Assembly: GCA_012295275.1 (NCBI GenBank)
Contig: CM022674.1
Location: forward strand, 13,702,001-13,766,000
DNA: 64,000 nt
Direction: 5' to 3'
Source of the DNA: Chrysomallon squamiferum
Lineage: Eukaryota; Animalia; Mollusca
Part shown: piece after piece, positions 27,401-42,800 of the stretch
Layout: each line of letters starts with the position of its first letter
Position numbering within the stretch: position 1 is the stretch's first letter
Notes under the pieces: model-generated
Told to the model about the DNA's origin: nothing
The model's database searches: none
Seen by the model: only the letters and a program-made list of their open reading frames with translations
Program-made: the position numbers and the translations under genes

Positions 27401-29444
27401 GGAGAAAGAAATTTAAACTGAATTCACTTCACCATTCTGTATTTAACTTCTCCTTCTGTACGTTTAATGAGCAGTAACAATTTCGATTCCCTCAACACCT
27501 TAGAGAATACTTTAGCTGACACAATATAGAGAGTTAAACAGAACCTTTACTGATAGAGACCACTTTAGTTTTCACAGAATAAGAGTCGTAACAGAATCTC
27601 CAATATCTGTAGGTTATTTCTGTTGGTTTTGTACAATGCTTATGTACTGTCTATTTTAGTTATAATTCAGATTTGTTGTTGTTGTTAAGGCTGGCAATGC
27701 TTATAATGCTTCTGAAGTGGACAATAATGGCAGATGTATGTAAGGAAATATCTTTTAATATTTTGTTTTAATTAATATTAGTAAACAAATTTTAAAACTT
27801 GTGTTAATCAAATATTGTAAGTTTAAGTGTGTGTGTGTGTCTGTGCATGAATTTGTGCTTGCCTGTAAATGTGGCCACCTGAGTGCATGCATGTGTATGT
27901 GTAGATATACACATTATTATATATCAGCATCTCTCTCTCTCTCTATATATATATTTACACACATACATAATACATAATATATATATGTATATCTATGTCT
28001 ATGTCTATCTATCTATCTGTCTGTCAGTCTGTCTGTTTATTTTTCCACTGTATTAACACATTTTTTTATTAAAATAAAATTTTTTAAATAAAATAAGACT
28101 TTTTTTTTGTTTAATTATTTAATTTTCTCACCTCTCACTGGCGTCTCTGATGGCACCGATGTTGGAGAACAACACCTGACGTTCCCGCTTGGTGACGACA
28201 CACCTTTCTGAGTGGTCTGACGAGAACTCAGGTGACATGAGAAACACAGTGATGAGAATGTTCAGACTCTTCAGGTAAGATGCTTCCGATGTTATTATCT
28301 CAAACATGGCCTGGAAATAATTTACTTAAACATTTTAATTACTGTGTGTCCACGGGGTGATGGTAATAAAAAAATATCAAGAGAGGTTTTGGATTTGAAA
28401 CAATTATTTTTGTTTGGTTTATGCAGAAGGCTAAATGTATTTTATGTGTTTCCTAGCATATTTTTTTAATTCGTAAATGTATCTCTGGTAAAACAAAGTA
28501 TCTAAGTATTGTTTTTTTTATTGTCAATAGTAACACATATCATTGGCAGTGTGTGTAACATAAATATGTTTTGTATATTACATCATACATTTTTATTTTT
28601 GTATTAATTTTTTTATTGTTAAAGGGTTTTTTTATTGTTACATTTTTGTGGATAATTTTTTCTTGTTGAAAACTTACAAACAGTAGTCCTAATAAAAACA
28701 GATTTTAAACAAATAACAGATTGTCCATACATCAGTATGCTTTTTATTCATATTTTTGGTTGTTGCTGTTACTGTTGTTTCCAACAACCTAAATAAAAGT
28801 TTACTTCAAATAAATTTTATTTGTTTTTGTTACGACAATATTACTCATTCTAAAAATAGACATTTTGTTTCAAATCACTTTTGCCCTTTAAAAGAAATCC
28901 ATTCCAGTGAATAATATTACTTTTCTTTCAAAAAAGCATAAAAATTCATTCTACATTATATTGCAAATTAAAACAAAATCACGCTTTCAATGGATTAATT
29001 TTTTTAAATTCTCTGACCTCCTGAATTTTTCTTTCTTGCTCATCAATTTTGTCCAGGGTCCCTGAAGACTTTACCTAGAAAATAGTGAAAAAAAATCTTT
29101 ACATAAAATAGCTTCAAACTTTTATATATTACAAATCTTCTTATTTTTGGAAAGTTCTTGAATTTTTTTTCTTCAATATTTGAAATGTAAAACCAATCAC
29201 TCATAAATGTGGAACAATTAAGATACCATCATTTACTTGCAGAAATCAGCAATACAGAGTTGTCATGTTTTTACATTTTTTTGTTTCTTTGTTTGTTTTT
29301 GATTTTTGTAATTCATAACTGAAAAATTTATGATAAATTTATTGTAGATATATGATGTTCAAAATTCTATAGTTTTTTTTGCCTGTAGTAATTTAATTAT
29401 TTGTATGGATTTAAATAAGAACATGATTCATTTACAGTCTCAGT

Positions 29445-29525
<81 letters not shown>

Positions 29526-32396
29526 CACTAAATATTTTTTAAAATCTTTATCTAAACCAGATTTCCTTTAAAGAACTATTTTTTTATAATGATGAAACTC
29601 TACCTCTGGCATTTCACACCACAGAGCTCTATGCAGAGATCCGCCATGTCCAAGTATGTCTAACATGGTCAAGTGTTTGTTAGGTGAAGAGTCGTCTGAA
29701 CTTTTACTTTCAGCATCATCGTCCTTCGCTGGCTCGGCTTCTTTAGCAACATGCTGCACATCTTCATAGATCCCTGCCCCTTCTACAAAAACAAACAAAC
29801 ACTCTCAGACTTAACATCTTCCATTGTATTAACACATCTCCTAGCACCAAAATGTCCTGCTCTATTAAATCAACTGTGTCATCTTAGTCATAAAACTACT
29901 GAAAAATCAAATAAAATGATCAGTAATTAAAATAAACTGTAATTTCAGTTTGCAAGAATGGTAGCTGTTGTGAAATAAAAAATTTGTTAAAATCAATTAA
30001 TTATTAATTTATTTAAATTCTATTTTATTTAACATACGATGTGTTCTGCTGTGATAAGATTTTAATTTTTGTTCCAACCATAGATATATTAATCAGCGGT
30101 TTCTAAAGTAAAAACAAATTTAAAAATGATGTCAGTTCCTTAATTAATCCGATACTTGTTGTTTGTACATAGTTAACATTTTTATTATCATTTTATTACA
30201 ATTATTATTTGCTCCTTTCTTGACAACCAACTGGCTAACATTATAGGATGAATTACTGTTAAAAATACATGTATTTATTAAATTTATTCATTCATTCATT
30301 CATTCATTCATTTATTCACTAAATTTATTCATTTGTTCATCAAATTTATTCATTCATTCATTTGAATTAATCTTTCACTCATTAGACTATTCATTAATCT
30401 ATTCATTCACTTTAGTCATTCATTCATTCAATGGCTGAACATTTTTATGTAATCATAATATTTTGGATATTTTAGATTTCAAAAAATAAATAAATAAGTA
30501 AATAAATAAATTATTGCTGGCTAAAAATAAACATAAACAACAACAACAATAGATAGATACATGTTTGGTTTGCTTATTTATCTGCATATATGTTTGTGTG
30601 CTTTATTAGTTTGTGCATGTGCATGTACAGGCATGTTTGTGTGTATTTACATGTGCATGCATTAACACATATATGCACGGTTGTGTGTGTGCATGAATGT
30701 ACATGTTGTATTAAACTGTACATGCAAGCATACAGAAATATACAAAATAACAACACAACAAAAACAAAAATGCATTTGTAAAATAAATTTCAAAATCTCA
30801 TCTCCATCCTTTCACAATAACAATTATTTAAAAAATAAAAAATAAATATTTGCATTTTCTAATAAATGCTACATCAAGCAGGTTTTTGACTGTTACTATT
30901 TTAGTGTCAAAATACTAACAAAAAAGTTCTACAAATAAAAACAAAAAAACAAATGTAACCAGTCATAGATATCATGCATAAATAAAATAAAACAACAAAA
31001 ATAAAAATACAACAGCTAAAACAGGTATTCATTACTAACCTTTCTTTTTTTGCTTGCCTTTTTTCGATGATTTTGATTGTTTATCAGTTCTCAATTTTAC
31101 TGTTTGCATTTGAAGGAAGAAAAAAAGGATTTTTTACTGCAACATTTTCATTCTTTCCCCCAGTTTTTATTAATTTATTATTCTTTTTTAAAAAAAAAAA
31201 AAAACCAAAAAAAACCCAGAGTAATTCGTTAATATATAAAAACCTAAAAAAAAAAAAAAAAAAAAATTATCCAGGATTATGTATTAGCAATGTATTCATT
31301 GATATCCAATTAACCATATCTCACTACAGTTAATATTAACAATTATTAGGTTCCAAATATTTTGTTATTTTTAATAAATACTGTCACCAGATCACATGAT
31401 GCTCTTTATTTAATTTTTAGCAAAGGATTTTCTTTTACATACGCCTTCCCAGGAACAACAGGCAAAAACAAACCATGGTCTTTAAATACTAATGAAAGTG
31501 AAAGTTGAAAACCACTGCAACCACATCACAAATCAGTACTAAAGTAGACATAATTTGTTTCCATTTGTTTTTGGGGTTTTTAGTCCATAACAATTGTTGC
31601 CTTGGGTTTAGGGCACAAAGACAAAAATTGTTATGTCCTAAAAAAAAAATTACAATCTGAAGCCTGCTAACAGTCCATTTCAATCCATTTTACTTTAACC
31701 TTTGATCAACAAACCACTATTGCAAAAATTCTGCATGCACAGAGACAGGAAACAAATTTAGTCCAATGAGTGGATTGAAAAGAATAGATCTTACAACCTG
31801 TATCTTCTCATCCTTTTACGCAGATCAAAAATGATCATAAAAGAAAACAATTACTTTTGAATACACTTATAAACTGGTATAAATCTTTATCATAATCATG
31901 GACAAAAACAAATTTGGGATCGTACTTGGAAAAAAAAAAAAAAAAATAGAGTAATCAGAAAAAAAATAAATCACAAATGCCATCACTTCTCAGTCATTTT
32001 AAACATTCTGTGATAATAAAAATGTACAAAAATCTGATTCTACGAGTAAAAAACTTACCAGAATCAGCAGTCCCAGTCTTGTCAAGCTGCATCTTGCGAC
32101 TGGTGCGAATGTAGTCCTTGTTGTAAAACTGATAGAGAGGCTCCGACTCAAACTTTGTTGTAAAATTTTGACCTAACTGTCCGTATACTTGATCATCATC
32201 CTGTCAAACACAAGTTTTTGTTTTGTTATTACTGTATTGTTAAATGTTAGCTTTGTTGTTGTTTTTATTATTTATGTTATTTTGGAGGGTTTTTTATTAT
32301 TGTTGTTGTTTTGTTGTTTTTATTATTTTATTGTTATTGTTGTGCGAGTTATTATTATTATTCTTTTATAGCTATAATTATTATCACTGTTATTAC

Positions 32397-32430
<34 letters not shown>

Positions 32431-32737
32431 TCTATTTAACAATCACTGTAATGGAAACTTAATTTCAGATTTCAATTAAATGTGTCAACTACAGATTCTT
32501 ACAATGAAGAATTTTTGTTTGTGCATGCACACACCTCTATGTGTCTGTGTTAGTGTGCATAGAGTGCTGCACGCTTGTGGGTTTGAGAGAAAGAAGAAGA
32601 TATAAAAAGAAACAAAGATAAAATAAAGAAAAGAGAACATAAGAGTAAGCAAACAGCATGTCACAAAGTATGATAGATTCATCCATACAGACACACAGAA
32701 AAACAGAGCCATATATAAATATGTGTGTCTATGTACA

Positions 32738-32786
<49 letters not shown>

Positions 32787-33538
32787 TTTATTTTTTAAAT
32801 TGAATCAGTCTGTGGTTACCAGTTCAAGATAGAGTCCGCTGTCTTCTGATGGTGCGAGAGGATAACTGCACCACGACTCAGCGTCTTGGTAGATGTAGGA
32901 AGATGAGGTAGTTGTTGACGACGATGTTGTTGTTGAGCGATCATCTTGTGACGTGGTTTTCCTAAAATGTACAAAAATAATGTATTTAAAAATACTTTTA
33001 TTAAGACGAAAGTTAATTATTTCTGTTGTTTTTTTTTCTTTTATTCTGTTTTGGAAGTTTATTTAAAATAATTTTTTGATATAGATATGTATAAAAATAA
33101 ATAATGAATTAAAGAATTAATGTATATTAAAAATATGTTTTGTTTTTAAAAAGAATTAAATAATAAAGTATTAATGTATAGTAAAAGCATATTTTGCTTT
33201 AAAAATAAAAAAATAATCAAGAAATAATGTATGTTAAAAGTATATATTGTTTCTAAAAAGAAAAACATAATATAGAATTAATGTATATTAAAAATAAAAA
33301 ACTAATAAAGAATTAATGATATTAAAAATGTGTTTTGTTTTTAAAAAGAAAAAAAGAAAGAATTAATGTATATCAAAACAAATATTTTGCTATTAAATAG
33401 AACTAAATAATAAAGAATTAAGGTGTCTTAAAAATATAGTATGCTTTTAAAAAGAAAAATGTAATATGTAATTAAAAAGATATTCTGTTTTTAAAAGGAA
33501 ATAAATAATGAAAAATTAATGTATATTAAAAATACACT

Positions 33539-33570
<32 letters not shown>

Positions 33571-36500
33571 AATGTATATCAAAAATGTATTTCTTTTTTA
33601 AAAATAGATAAATATATAAACATACGACTTCTTGGCAAGTGTTCCAGCAGATGCTGGGTCATAATCCATGTAAGGTTCTGAAATAAAGATTTTCAAGTTT
33701 TAAAATCAAATTATTTTTAAAATACTTTTTTCGCTATTTAAAATAATTTTTGTTTTTCAGCATTTTTTCTTATTTTAAAATCAAATTATTATTAAAATAT
33801 TTTTTTCTAATTTTAAAATCAAATTATTTTTTAATTTCTTATTATTATTATTATTTTTTTTTTTCTAAATTTCAATGTATACAAATTAAAAATAATAATT
33901 AGCAATAACAGTTAAAGGCAGGTAAATCTTGGGAAGGGAGATAAATCTTGGCTGAAATTATGGATGACAAGGGCAATAAAAGAGGAAATTTGTTTTACAA
34001 AAATCAAAAAAAGGAACAAGAGTATACATCTTTATAGGTAAATAATAATAACATTAGTAATACAAATAATAATTAAACACAAAAACAACAACAATAATAA
34101 AAACAATGCTTAACAGAAGAATCTCTGGTATATCAATCAGATTTTCAGCAGTCCAGAACAATTTATTATTCCCTACTTTTAGCTAGTTCAAAGTTTGGAC
34201 AATACATGGCAATATCCCCTTGAATAGAGAAGAAATTAAGAAGACAAAACATTAGAGTGAATTATTAATTTACCTTTATCCTCAGCTCCATCTGTTGTAT
34301 CATCTGTTTTCATTTCCTGTCCATACAGATACGACCCCTTCTTCAGAATACTGGCTCTCCTAAAAAAAGAGTAGATAAAAATACTAGTATTTATAAATCA
34401 AAAAAATATATATATAGTTTATGTATTTCTATTAAATGTTATAAATAAAAAATTACTTAGTTACAAAAAATAAAAAAAAATAGATAAAAATATTAGTATT
34501 TATAAATAAAAAAAATATATAGTTTATATATTTCTATTAAATATTGTAAATAAAAAATTACATAGTTACAAAAAATCAAAAAAATAGATTAAAATATTAG
34601 TATAAATAAAAATATATGTATTTTATGTATTTCTATTAAATATTGTAAATAAAAAATTACATAGTTACAAAAAATCAAAAAAATAGATAAAAATATTAGT
34701 ATAAATAAAAATATATATATTTTATGTATTTCTATTAAATATTATAAATAAAAAATTATATAGTTACAAGAAATAAATATAAAATAAAGGAAAATAGTTA
34801 GATTTTATTATCTAGTGAAAAAAATGTAAATAATACTGTTAAGTTTCGAATTTTGTTAAAAGTTATATAAAAAAATACAACAAAAATACAGTAAGAACTT
34901 ATTATTAACATTTATTATAAGAATAAATTAGATTTAATGAATAGAAATTATTGAAAATTATTTAAAAGTTGTGGGTTGAAAATCTGAAGTCATGTTTGAC
35001 AAAGGTTTTGTTTTGAACAATGCTTATTAAAATAATAACAAATAAAATAAATAAATAAAATAATAAATAAAATAATAAATAAAAATGTAATATAAATGTA
35101 TTACATTGACCTTACAATAAACATAAAAATGAAGTGACACATATTTTTTTTATTATTCTGCTGGACATTCAAATATTCAGTAACAGTAACCAAAACCATA
35201 AATAAATTTCCTAAAATTACTCTGAGTCAGTAAAAACTAAAATTAAATTAGGTTATGTATTTACATGACTGTTTAAATATTTAAAAAAATAATAATAAGT
35301 GAACAAAAATAATTTTTTTAATTTCTCTTTTGATTATTATAATAAACACCAAAATGAAGTCTGTTTCTTTTTTCTTATTTCTTTTTTTATTGATAATTAT
35401 ATGAGTTAAGTAAAAATAAATGACTATAAATACATTTGAATGAACTGACTTGGGCTTATTACCAAAAAAAAAATCAAAACCTTATTTCACTGAATATTAA
35501 AATGCATATTAAATAAAAATATATAAGATTTTAAATAAATTTCAAAATAAATTAATTGCTGCCATTATAACAAGCAACAAAATCAAAAGTGATAACAGAT
35601 TTTATTTCAATGAATAATAAAATATATACTGAATATAAAACAAATGACTTGAAATATCTTTCAAAGATCTTACTCAAATGTCATTCTAATAAATATTAAA
35701 AAATGAACTATGACAAAATTTATATTTATTTTTATGCTAAACCAGCTGGTTAAAAACTTACTTGGGGTCGTTATTGGAATCAACTGGTACCACTGTGTCC
35801 AGTGCCAGGCCTGTGGAAGACACATTGCGTGGAGGTAAGGGGGGAGAACTCTTAACAGCTGGTTGTTGCAAGACGGCGGTAGAACGTGGTGGGAGTGGTG
35901 GGGTTTGGTCGGGTGCCACGGGTTTTGATGTTCGGGTTTTTGGCATGGGAGGGGGAAGCGGTGGGGGAGATGTCGAACTCTCGCCACTGGGGGGTTTTGT
36001 GTTTGTTGCATCGTCTACAAAACAGATGGAAATATAACAACAATATGTAGAAGATTGAAAAACATTGAAGTGACTTTTGTTTTAAATATTATAAGTAATT
36101 ATGTCAGTATTTAACTTTTGGAATGTAATTTATGAAATAGTATTAACTGGATGTTTTCAAATTTTGTATTATCATCTACAAAATAAATGTAAATATAATA
36201 ATAATAATAGTATCTAGAAGATAAAAATATTAAACTTTAAAGTCTTAGAATATTAAACAACTTAGTGAGTAATTTTTGTTTTAAACATTATTAGTAATTA
36301 TCTATTATTTCAGACAGTATTTTATTTTTTAAATATAATTTATAAAATATTAACTATTAAAAACATTAGTACTCTTGCAATCTTTGCTAAATATTCTCAT
36401 ATAATTTCATGAATATGTATAATAAAATGTTATATACAGCTGTGTGTGCATAGGTGTGTGTGTGTGTGTGTGTGTCATTTATTTATGTACATGAATAGAG

Positions 36501-38454
36501 AAACACACAGATACATAAATAAAACTATTAACACATACAAAGAGAGAAACAACAGATATACGTACTTGTATCTTTCTGTTTTCTACGACCACTACTACGC
36601 TCACTTCCACTGCGTGACAGCGTCGACGTTTTATCAGCATCGTCTATGAAGGCTTCATCCACGGTGTCTGCGTCAGAGTCTGTACCAGCCGTGAGTCCGT
36701 CACCTTTGTTTTTGCCAATCTTAACCAGACGGTTGCCGATGCGGTTGAGGACGCTGGTTGCCTGCGCAGACAGTTTGACGCCGAGAGAGCTGCTGTTGTC
36801 CTTCACCTTTTTCTTCTTCTTCAACTTTTTTTTCTCGTCATCGTTGTCGCTGAAGCCAGCCTCCTCGTACAAGTTTTCGTCTTCAACTGGTTCGTACGTT
36901 GTGCTGTTACTGTCAGTTTCCCAGTCCTCATCACCTTCGGAGTGATTCTGTTAAAAAAACAATATTAAAAATTAAAAATTTATCAACAAATTACTCTCAA
37001 CAAGCTGATAAATGATTAAAATCTCTTTCTAAGATATTCTGAGAATATATAAATAATATATATTCAAAAACAAAGTTTTCTTCCATTCTTTGGGTTGATT
37101 TTAAGACAAACTGATACATTAGAATTTATTACTAGGTTATGTTTTTTGTGGTGTTAACTGTACTAACAATCTTTCTTAATAATAAAACACAACAATAAAA
37201 TAAAAAGAAGAAATAGATTGTCTAGATAAAATCCTGATAGCCTCAGGATACAAAAACATTGCAGTTATCTTTTTTTCTTGAATTAAAATTATTTATTTAT
37301 TTTAAATTTTCATTTATTTATAATATATATTATTATTATTATTTTTATTTTTTTATTTTTTTTTTTTTTTTGTTGTTGTTGTTTCCTTTTCCTTTTTTAA
37401 GTCTGGATTGTATCTTTTAATTTATCTACACAAAATGACAACAAAACGAAAAATGTCAACCTCACTGACTTACTTTATTATCAACAAAGTTTGGACGACA
37501 GTTACATAAATAAAACCACAAGTTAAAATTATTCAAATATTTTAAGACCAATTGTTTCATTCAACTGATGATTATTATCCAAATTTCATTTCTGAATTTA
37601 TTTTGAAATATATTTGGGCCTTTTGTATGTAAAATTGAATTACTTAAATAATTAAAAATGTTACCTCAGGGTTTTCCTGCAGGTCTGAAGTGCTCAGAGA
37701 TCTCTGGCTCAGTCTTTTACTGTGCGTCAGGTTGTCCGATTTGTTCCTTACTTTGAAACTTGGCTTCTTTACACCCTTCTGCTTTCTGTAACAATAACAA
37801 TAATGAGGATGATGAGGAGGATGATGATGATGAATAATAATAATGAGATGATTAATAATAATAATAATAATAACAGTAATAATAATAATGATGATTAATG
37901 ATAATATTAATAATAATTAAGATTAATAATAATAACAACAACAGTAGTAATAATGATGATAATGATTAATAATATTAACAACAGTAACAATGATTAATAA
38001 TGATGACGAAGATGATAATGATAATGATGATGTTGATAATGATAATGATGATGTTGATAATAATAATAATAATAATAACAGTAATAATAATAATGATGAT
38101 TAATGATAATACTAATAATAATTAATATTAATAATAATAACAACAACAGTAGTAATAATGATGATAATGATTAATAATATTAACAACAGTAACAATGATT
38201 AATAATGATGACGAAGATGATAATGATAATGATGATGTTGATAATGATAATGATGATGTTGATAATAATAATAATAACAGTAATAATAATAATGATGATT
38301 AATGATAATATTAATAATAATTAATATTAATAATAATAACAACAACAGTAGTAATAATGATGATAATGATTAATAATATTAACAACAGTAACAATGATTA
38401 ATAATGATGATGAAGATGATAATGATAATGATGATAATGATAATGATGATGATG

Positions 38455-38490
<36 letters not shown>

Positions 38491-39845
38491 CAATAATAAT
38501 AATTAAAAAATTATACAGAACCCTTTTTAACAAGAGATATGAATGGAAAACACATAAACAGCCTTTGATAAATCCATTCTCAGTTTTTACTTAAACCAAA
38601 GTAAATACCATTATCACACAAATAAAGATTTAATGAAAATCAATATATATTTTCAAAATTTAAATTAAACTACATTAACTTAACTAGTATTTCCATTAAT
38701 AGTCATGGTGTTTAATATTATTAATTTTATCACAAACAAACAAACAAAAATGTTAAATTATGAATATACAATAAAGGCATAAATAAATGCATAAGTAAAT
38801 ATATAAATAAATAAGTAAATAAAGTAAGTAAATAAATAAAGCTAAATAAACAAACTAACTAATTAACTAACTAACATAAATATAGTACTAACATCCAAAA
38901 TAACATGCAGTTTCCATGTCATTGTTCTGGCCATGCATTCTAATTGAATAACATTTCGAAAACATCTGTCATGCAAATTTAATGAACCATGATGCAAATT
39001 TAAAGTGCAGACAGCAAAAACACAAACCAACATTCAGATTTCAATCATAGAAATTAATTTTAAAAAAACAAAACACACCACTGAGCTGAAACTCAATCCA
39101 ATTATTGATCAGAGATTTTTTTTTTTTTTTAAATTAATGAGAAAGAACAAAAGAACAACAACAACAAAAATGTAGCTGGACCAAGCAGAACCCAACACAA
39201 AAAAAAAATATGACAAACAAAATAACTGAAGAAAGAAAACAAACATCAACATGCTAATCAAAATATAAGAATAATAATTACTTTAATTTAATTATTGAAA
39301 ATAAAAAAAAAAAAAAAAAAAAAAAAAAATATTATATTAATTATTTAGTTTAAAATGGAGATTTGAGAATGGCAAAACTGTTGTTTTTTTGTTACTCTCA
39401 CATTGTAATCTATTTCTACCAGTTACCTTTTTCATTAGAGTTATCTTTCTTTTACAACAGAATTATCTTTTGTAAAGAGAAGGTTTTTTTCAGAATAGTT
39501 ACCTTTTTCCAAGTTATTTTATCAAATACAGATAAAAACAATTGTAGCCATTAGTTTTCTTAATGTTATAAATATATTTATTCTGCTGTAAGATGTATTT
39601 CCCTCTAAGTATTATTAATTATGAATCATAGGACAGTTTTTGTTTTAAAGTAACAATGTATATTAAATGTTAATCATATGACAGTTTTTGTTTTAAAGTA
39701 ACAATGTATATTAAATGTTAATCATATGACAGTTTTTGTTTTAAAGTAACAATGTATATTAAATGTTATGAATTGTGTGGTCTTAAAGATCTTCAAAACT
39801 TTCAAAAAGACTCAACTTCACACACACACACACACAATCAGTAGC

Positions 39846-39881
<36 letters not shown>

Positions 39882-42800
39882 ACACACACACATTAACATG
39901 CAATTTTGCACCCCAAAAGAAATCAAAACTAAAACAATGCAGATGGATGCAGTTAAGATTCTGATTTATGTAATTTATATAATTCAGTATTTGTCATGCA
40001 TGATTTACACAATTCAGTATTTATCATGCATGATTTATACCATTCAGAATTCATCATGTGTAAATTTTAGTTTGGTATTTAGTTTGTGTTCATACAATTC
40101 AGCATTTACCGTGTGTTCATACAATTCAGCATTTACCATATGTTAATATAATTCAGTATTTGCCATGTTTGCAACATTCTCTGAAAAACTCATGGACACG
40201 AAAGCAAACAGGCTGTTAGGAGGGCTGCATTCCTGTAACCATGGCAACTCAAGACAAGATTTGATTGGAAAACTAAAACCAGAAAAGTGCAGGCAAGTTC
40301 TACTTACAAGTAGTCACCAAAAGTTTTCAAGAAACCCATTCTGTGACAATGAAAAACATAAACTTGTCAAAATTGTTATTTTATTTAATAATAATACAAA
40401 AGAATCTGTTCCATCATTTTGTTTTTTTTTGTTTTTTTTTTAATATATTATCTTGTAGAGGTGGGTTTCAGTTTATTTATGGTTTATATGCTCTTTTTTG
40501 TTGTTGTTGCTTTTTGGGGTTGGGTGTTAACTGTTATGTTTTAACAGATGTATTTTATTATTTTTTAAAAATGCTTTTGTTGTTTATTTAATGGATGTTA
40601 GTGGCTTTTTTCTTCACAGTTGAGTAAATTCAGGAATTTTCTGTTTAATTTATTTCTTTCTTCAGTTTTATTTTATTACTATTTTTTATCATGACTTTTT
40701 TAATTTTTATTTTATTGTTATTATTTTTTTTTTATATCCATTTTTAATTATTTACTTAGTTACTGAATTACTTGCTTTCTTCTATTGTATTCTTTTTATT
40801 TAATTACCAAGTTATTTATCATTTTTTAATTTTCTTTCTTTTTTTCCCTGTTATTTTCTTTTTATATATTTATTTATTTTACATATTTATTTACTTATTT
40901 TCTTATTTGTATATTTATTTACTTATCTGTTTATTTATGTATTTATTTACTTATCTGCTTATTTATTTATTTATTTATTTACTCTATGACAATATAGTAT
41001 ATTTAAACAAAACAAGTTTAGACTTCAAATTAGATTCACATGTTATGTAAAACACTGGAACAATAACTGTACTCATCCTTTTAACAAATCAACTCACATA
41101 CTGAGTTATTTCCCCATTTTGCCTTCTATATTATACCAATTCAATCATTATTAAACCATTTAAAACACAGACATCCACTACAAATCAAAACGTACACAGA
41201 AAAATGTGTCTGAATAGTAATATTAGAAGCACATATAACAAGACTAACAGTAATGAATTGTAAACCGTGACTCCAGTGACAATTAAAAAATATTTAGTGT
41301 TGTAAATTATACTGTGTTTACTAAATTTGATACTAGGCTATTGTATTTTCACAATACCAGAAACCTGACTTACAAAATCTGACACCAGATTATCGAGATT
41401 TCAGTAATCTCACATCAAACAATAGTATTTTGCTACGTAATGTACATAAAGCATTTCACATTTAGGACCATCCTGTATGTATACATGTAATATTCAACAA
41501 TGTTTGTTTTTCTATGCAATTTTAGAGAAAAAGTATTTTGTATATACTATGTTTTACTCTAAATTACTTAGATCTCACACACACACACACACAAATATGA
41601 GTTTTAAATAAATCATATTTTTTTAATTAATACTAAATAAAATTAAAAATCAAAAAATAAAATAATAATAGTAAATAAGTAAAAATATAATAATAAAAAA
41701 TATAATAACAACAAATAAATAAATAAATTAATAAATATTTATAAAAATCTGAAACAGTTTGTGAAAATTAAGTATAAATACTACATAATTATAAAAGATT
41801 AAACAACGACCTACTGCAGTTCTTTCTGCTAACCATAAGTTAAAGTATTATAGCAGTATTTTAATTCTATTTTAAAAAAATCAGAATAGAAATAAATAAA
41901 AATACATGACAGACAGTACAAGACAGTCACAAGCTTGGCTACTTTTTCATCCAAGAATTTGGACAATTTTAATACCTGGTATTTTTGTTTTGCCCTGAAA
42001 TCATTCGTATATAAGCCAAATATATTTATTAACACGTATACATAAATTCAAAAGCTACAGTCACAATAATAACTAAGTCTATTTTAAGCTGCTTACAGTA
42101 ACTAAAATAAATGAACTTAAGAAGAAAATAAAACAAAATATATTCAACATGCATGCATGCACATACCTATACACGCCATACCTTCGACTAATACTGGCAG
42201 GATTATCCAAGTTGTTGTCAAATTCCTCGGTTTCTGAAAAAAATATTTATTTATTTATTTATTTACAACTGTAAACATCATCTGGTCAAATGCTAGCAAA
42301 ATACAAAATGAATTTATTTAGTCAAACATGGGTAGATAGATGGATGGATGGATTGAAGATAAATTATGAACTGTTTGACTGATGGATGGCAAGATGGTAT
42401 GAGGTAAATGGATGAACTAAAGGCACAGACGGACAGATAGATGGATTGATGGGCAGAAAGACAAAATAAACTATTTACTGTAAAACACTGCAAACAAATG
42501 ACTGAAGAAAGGTGTCCAAATCTGAACAGAACTGTTGTTTAAAAACCTATTTTTCAACTAACTGCAAATTAATCAACATTACAAATACTCAAAAAAAAAT
42601 AAATAAATAAATTAATTTCAACATTTTATAACCATATTCTATCTTTGAAGATGTCAGTAAACTCACCACATGGATTCATGTCTGGGACAAACTCGTAAAT
42701 CCCCTCACTGCAGGATGTATCAGAACCATCACCATCAGACACCTCAAGATACTCATTCTCTGTTCCTTCCTCCACCATCACTGAGGATCTCTTCAGCTTC

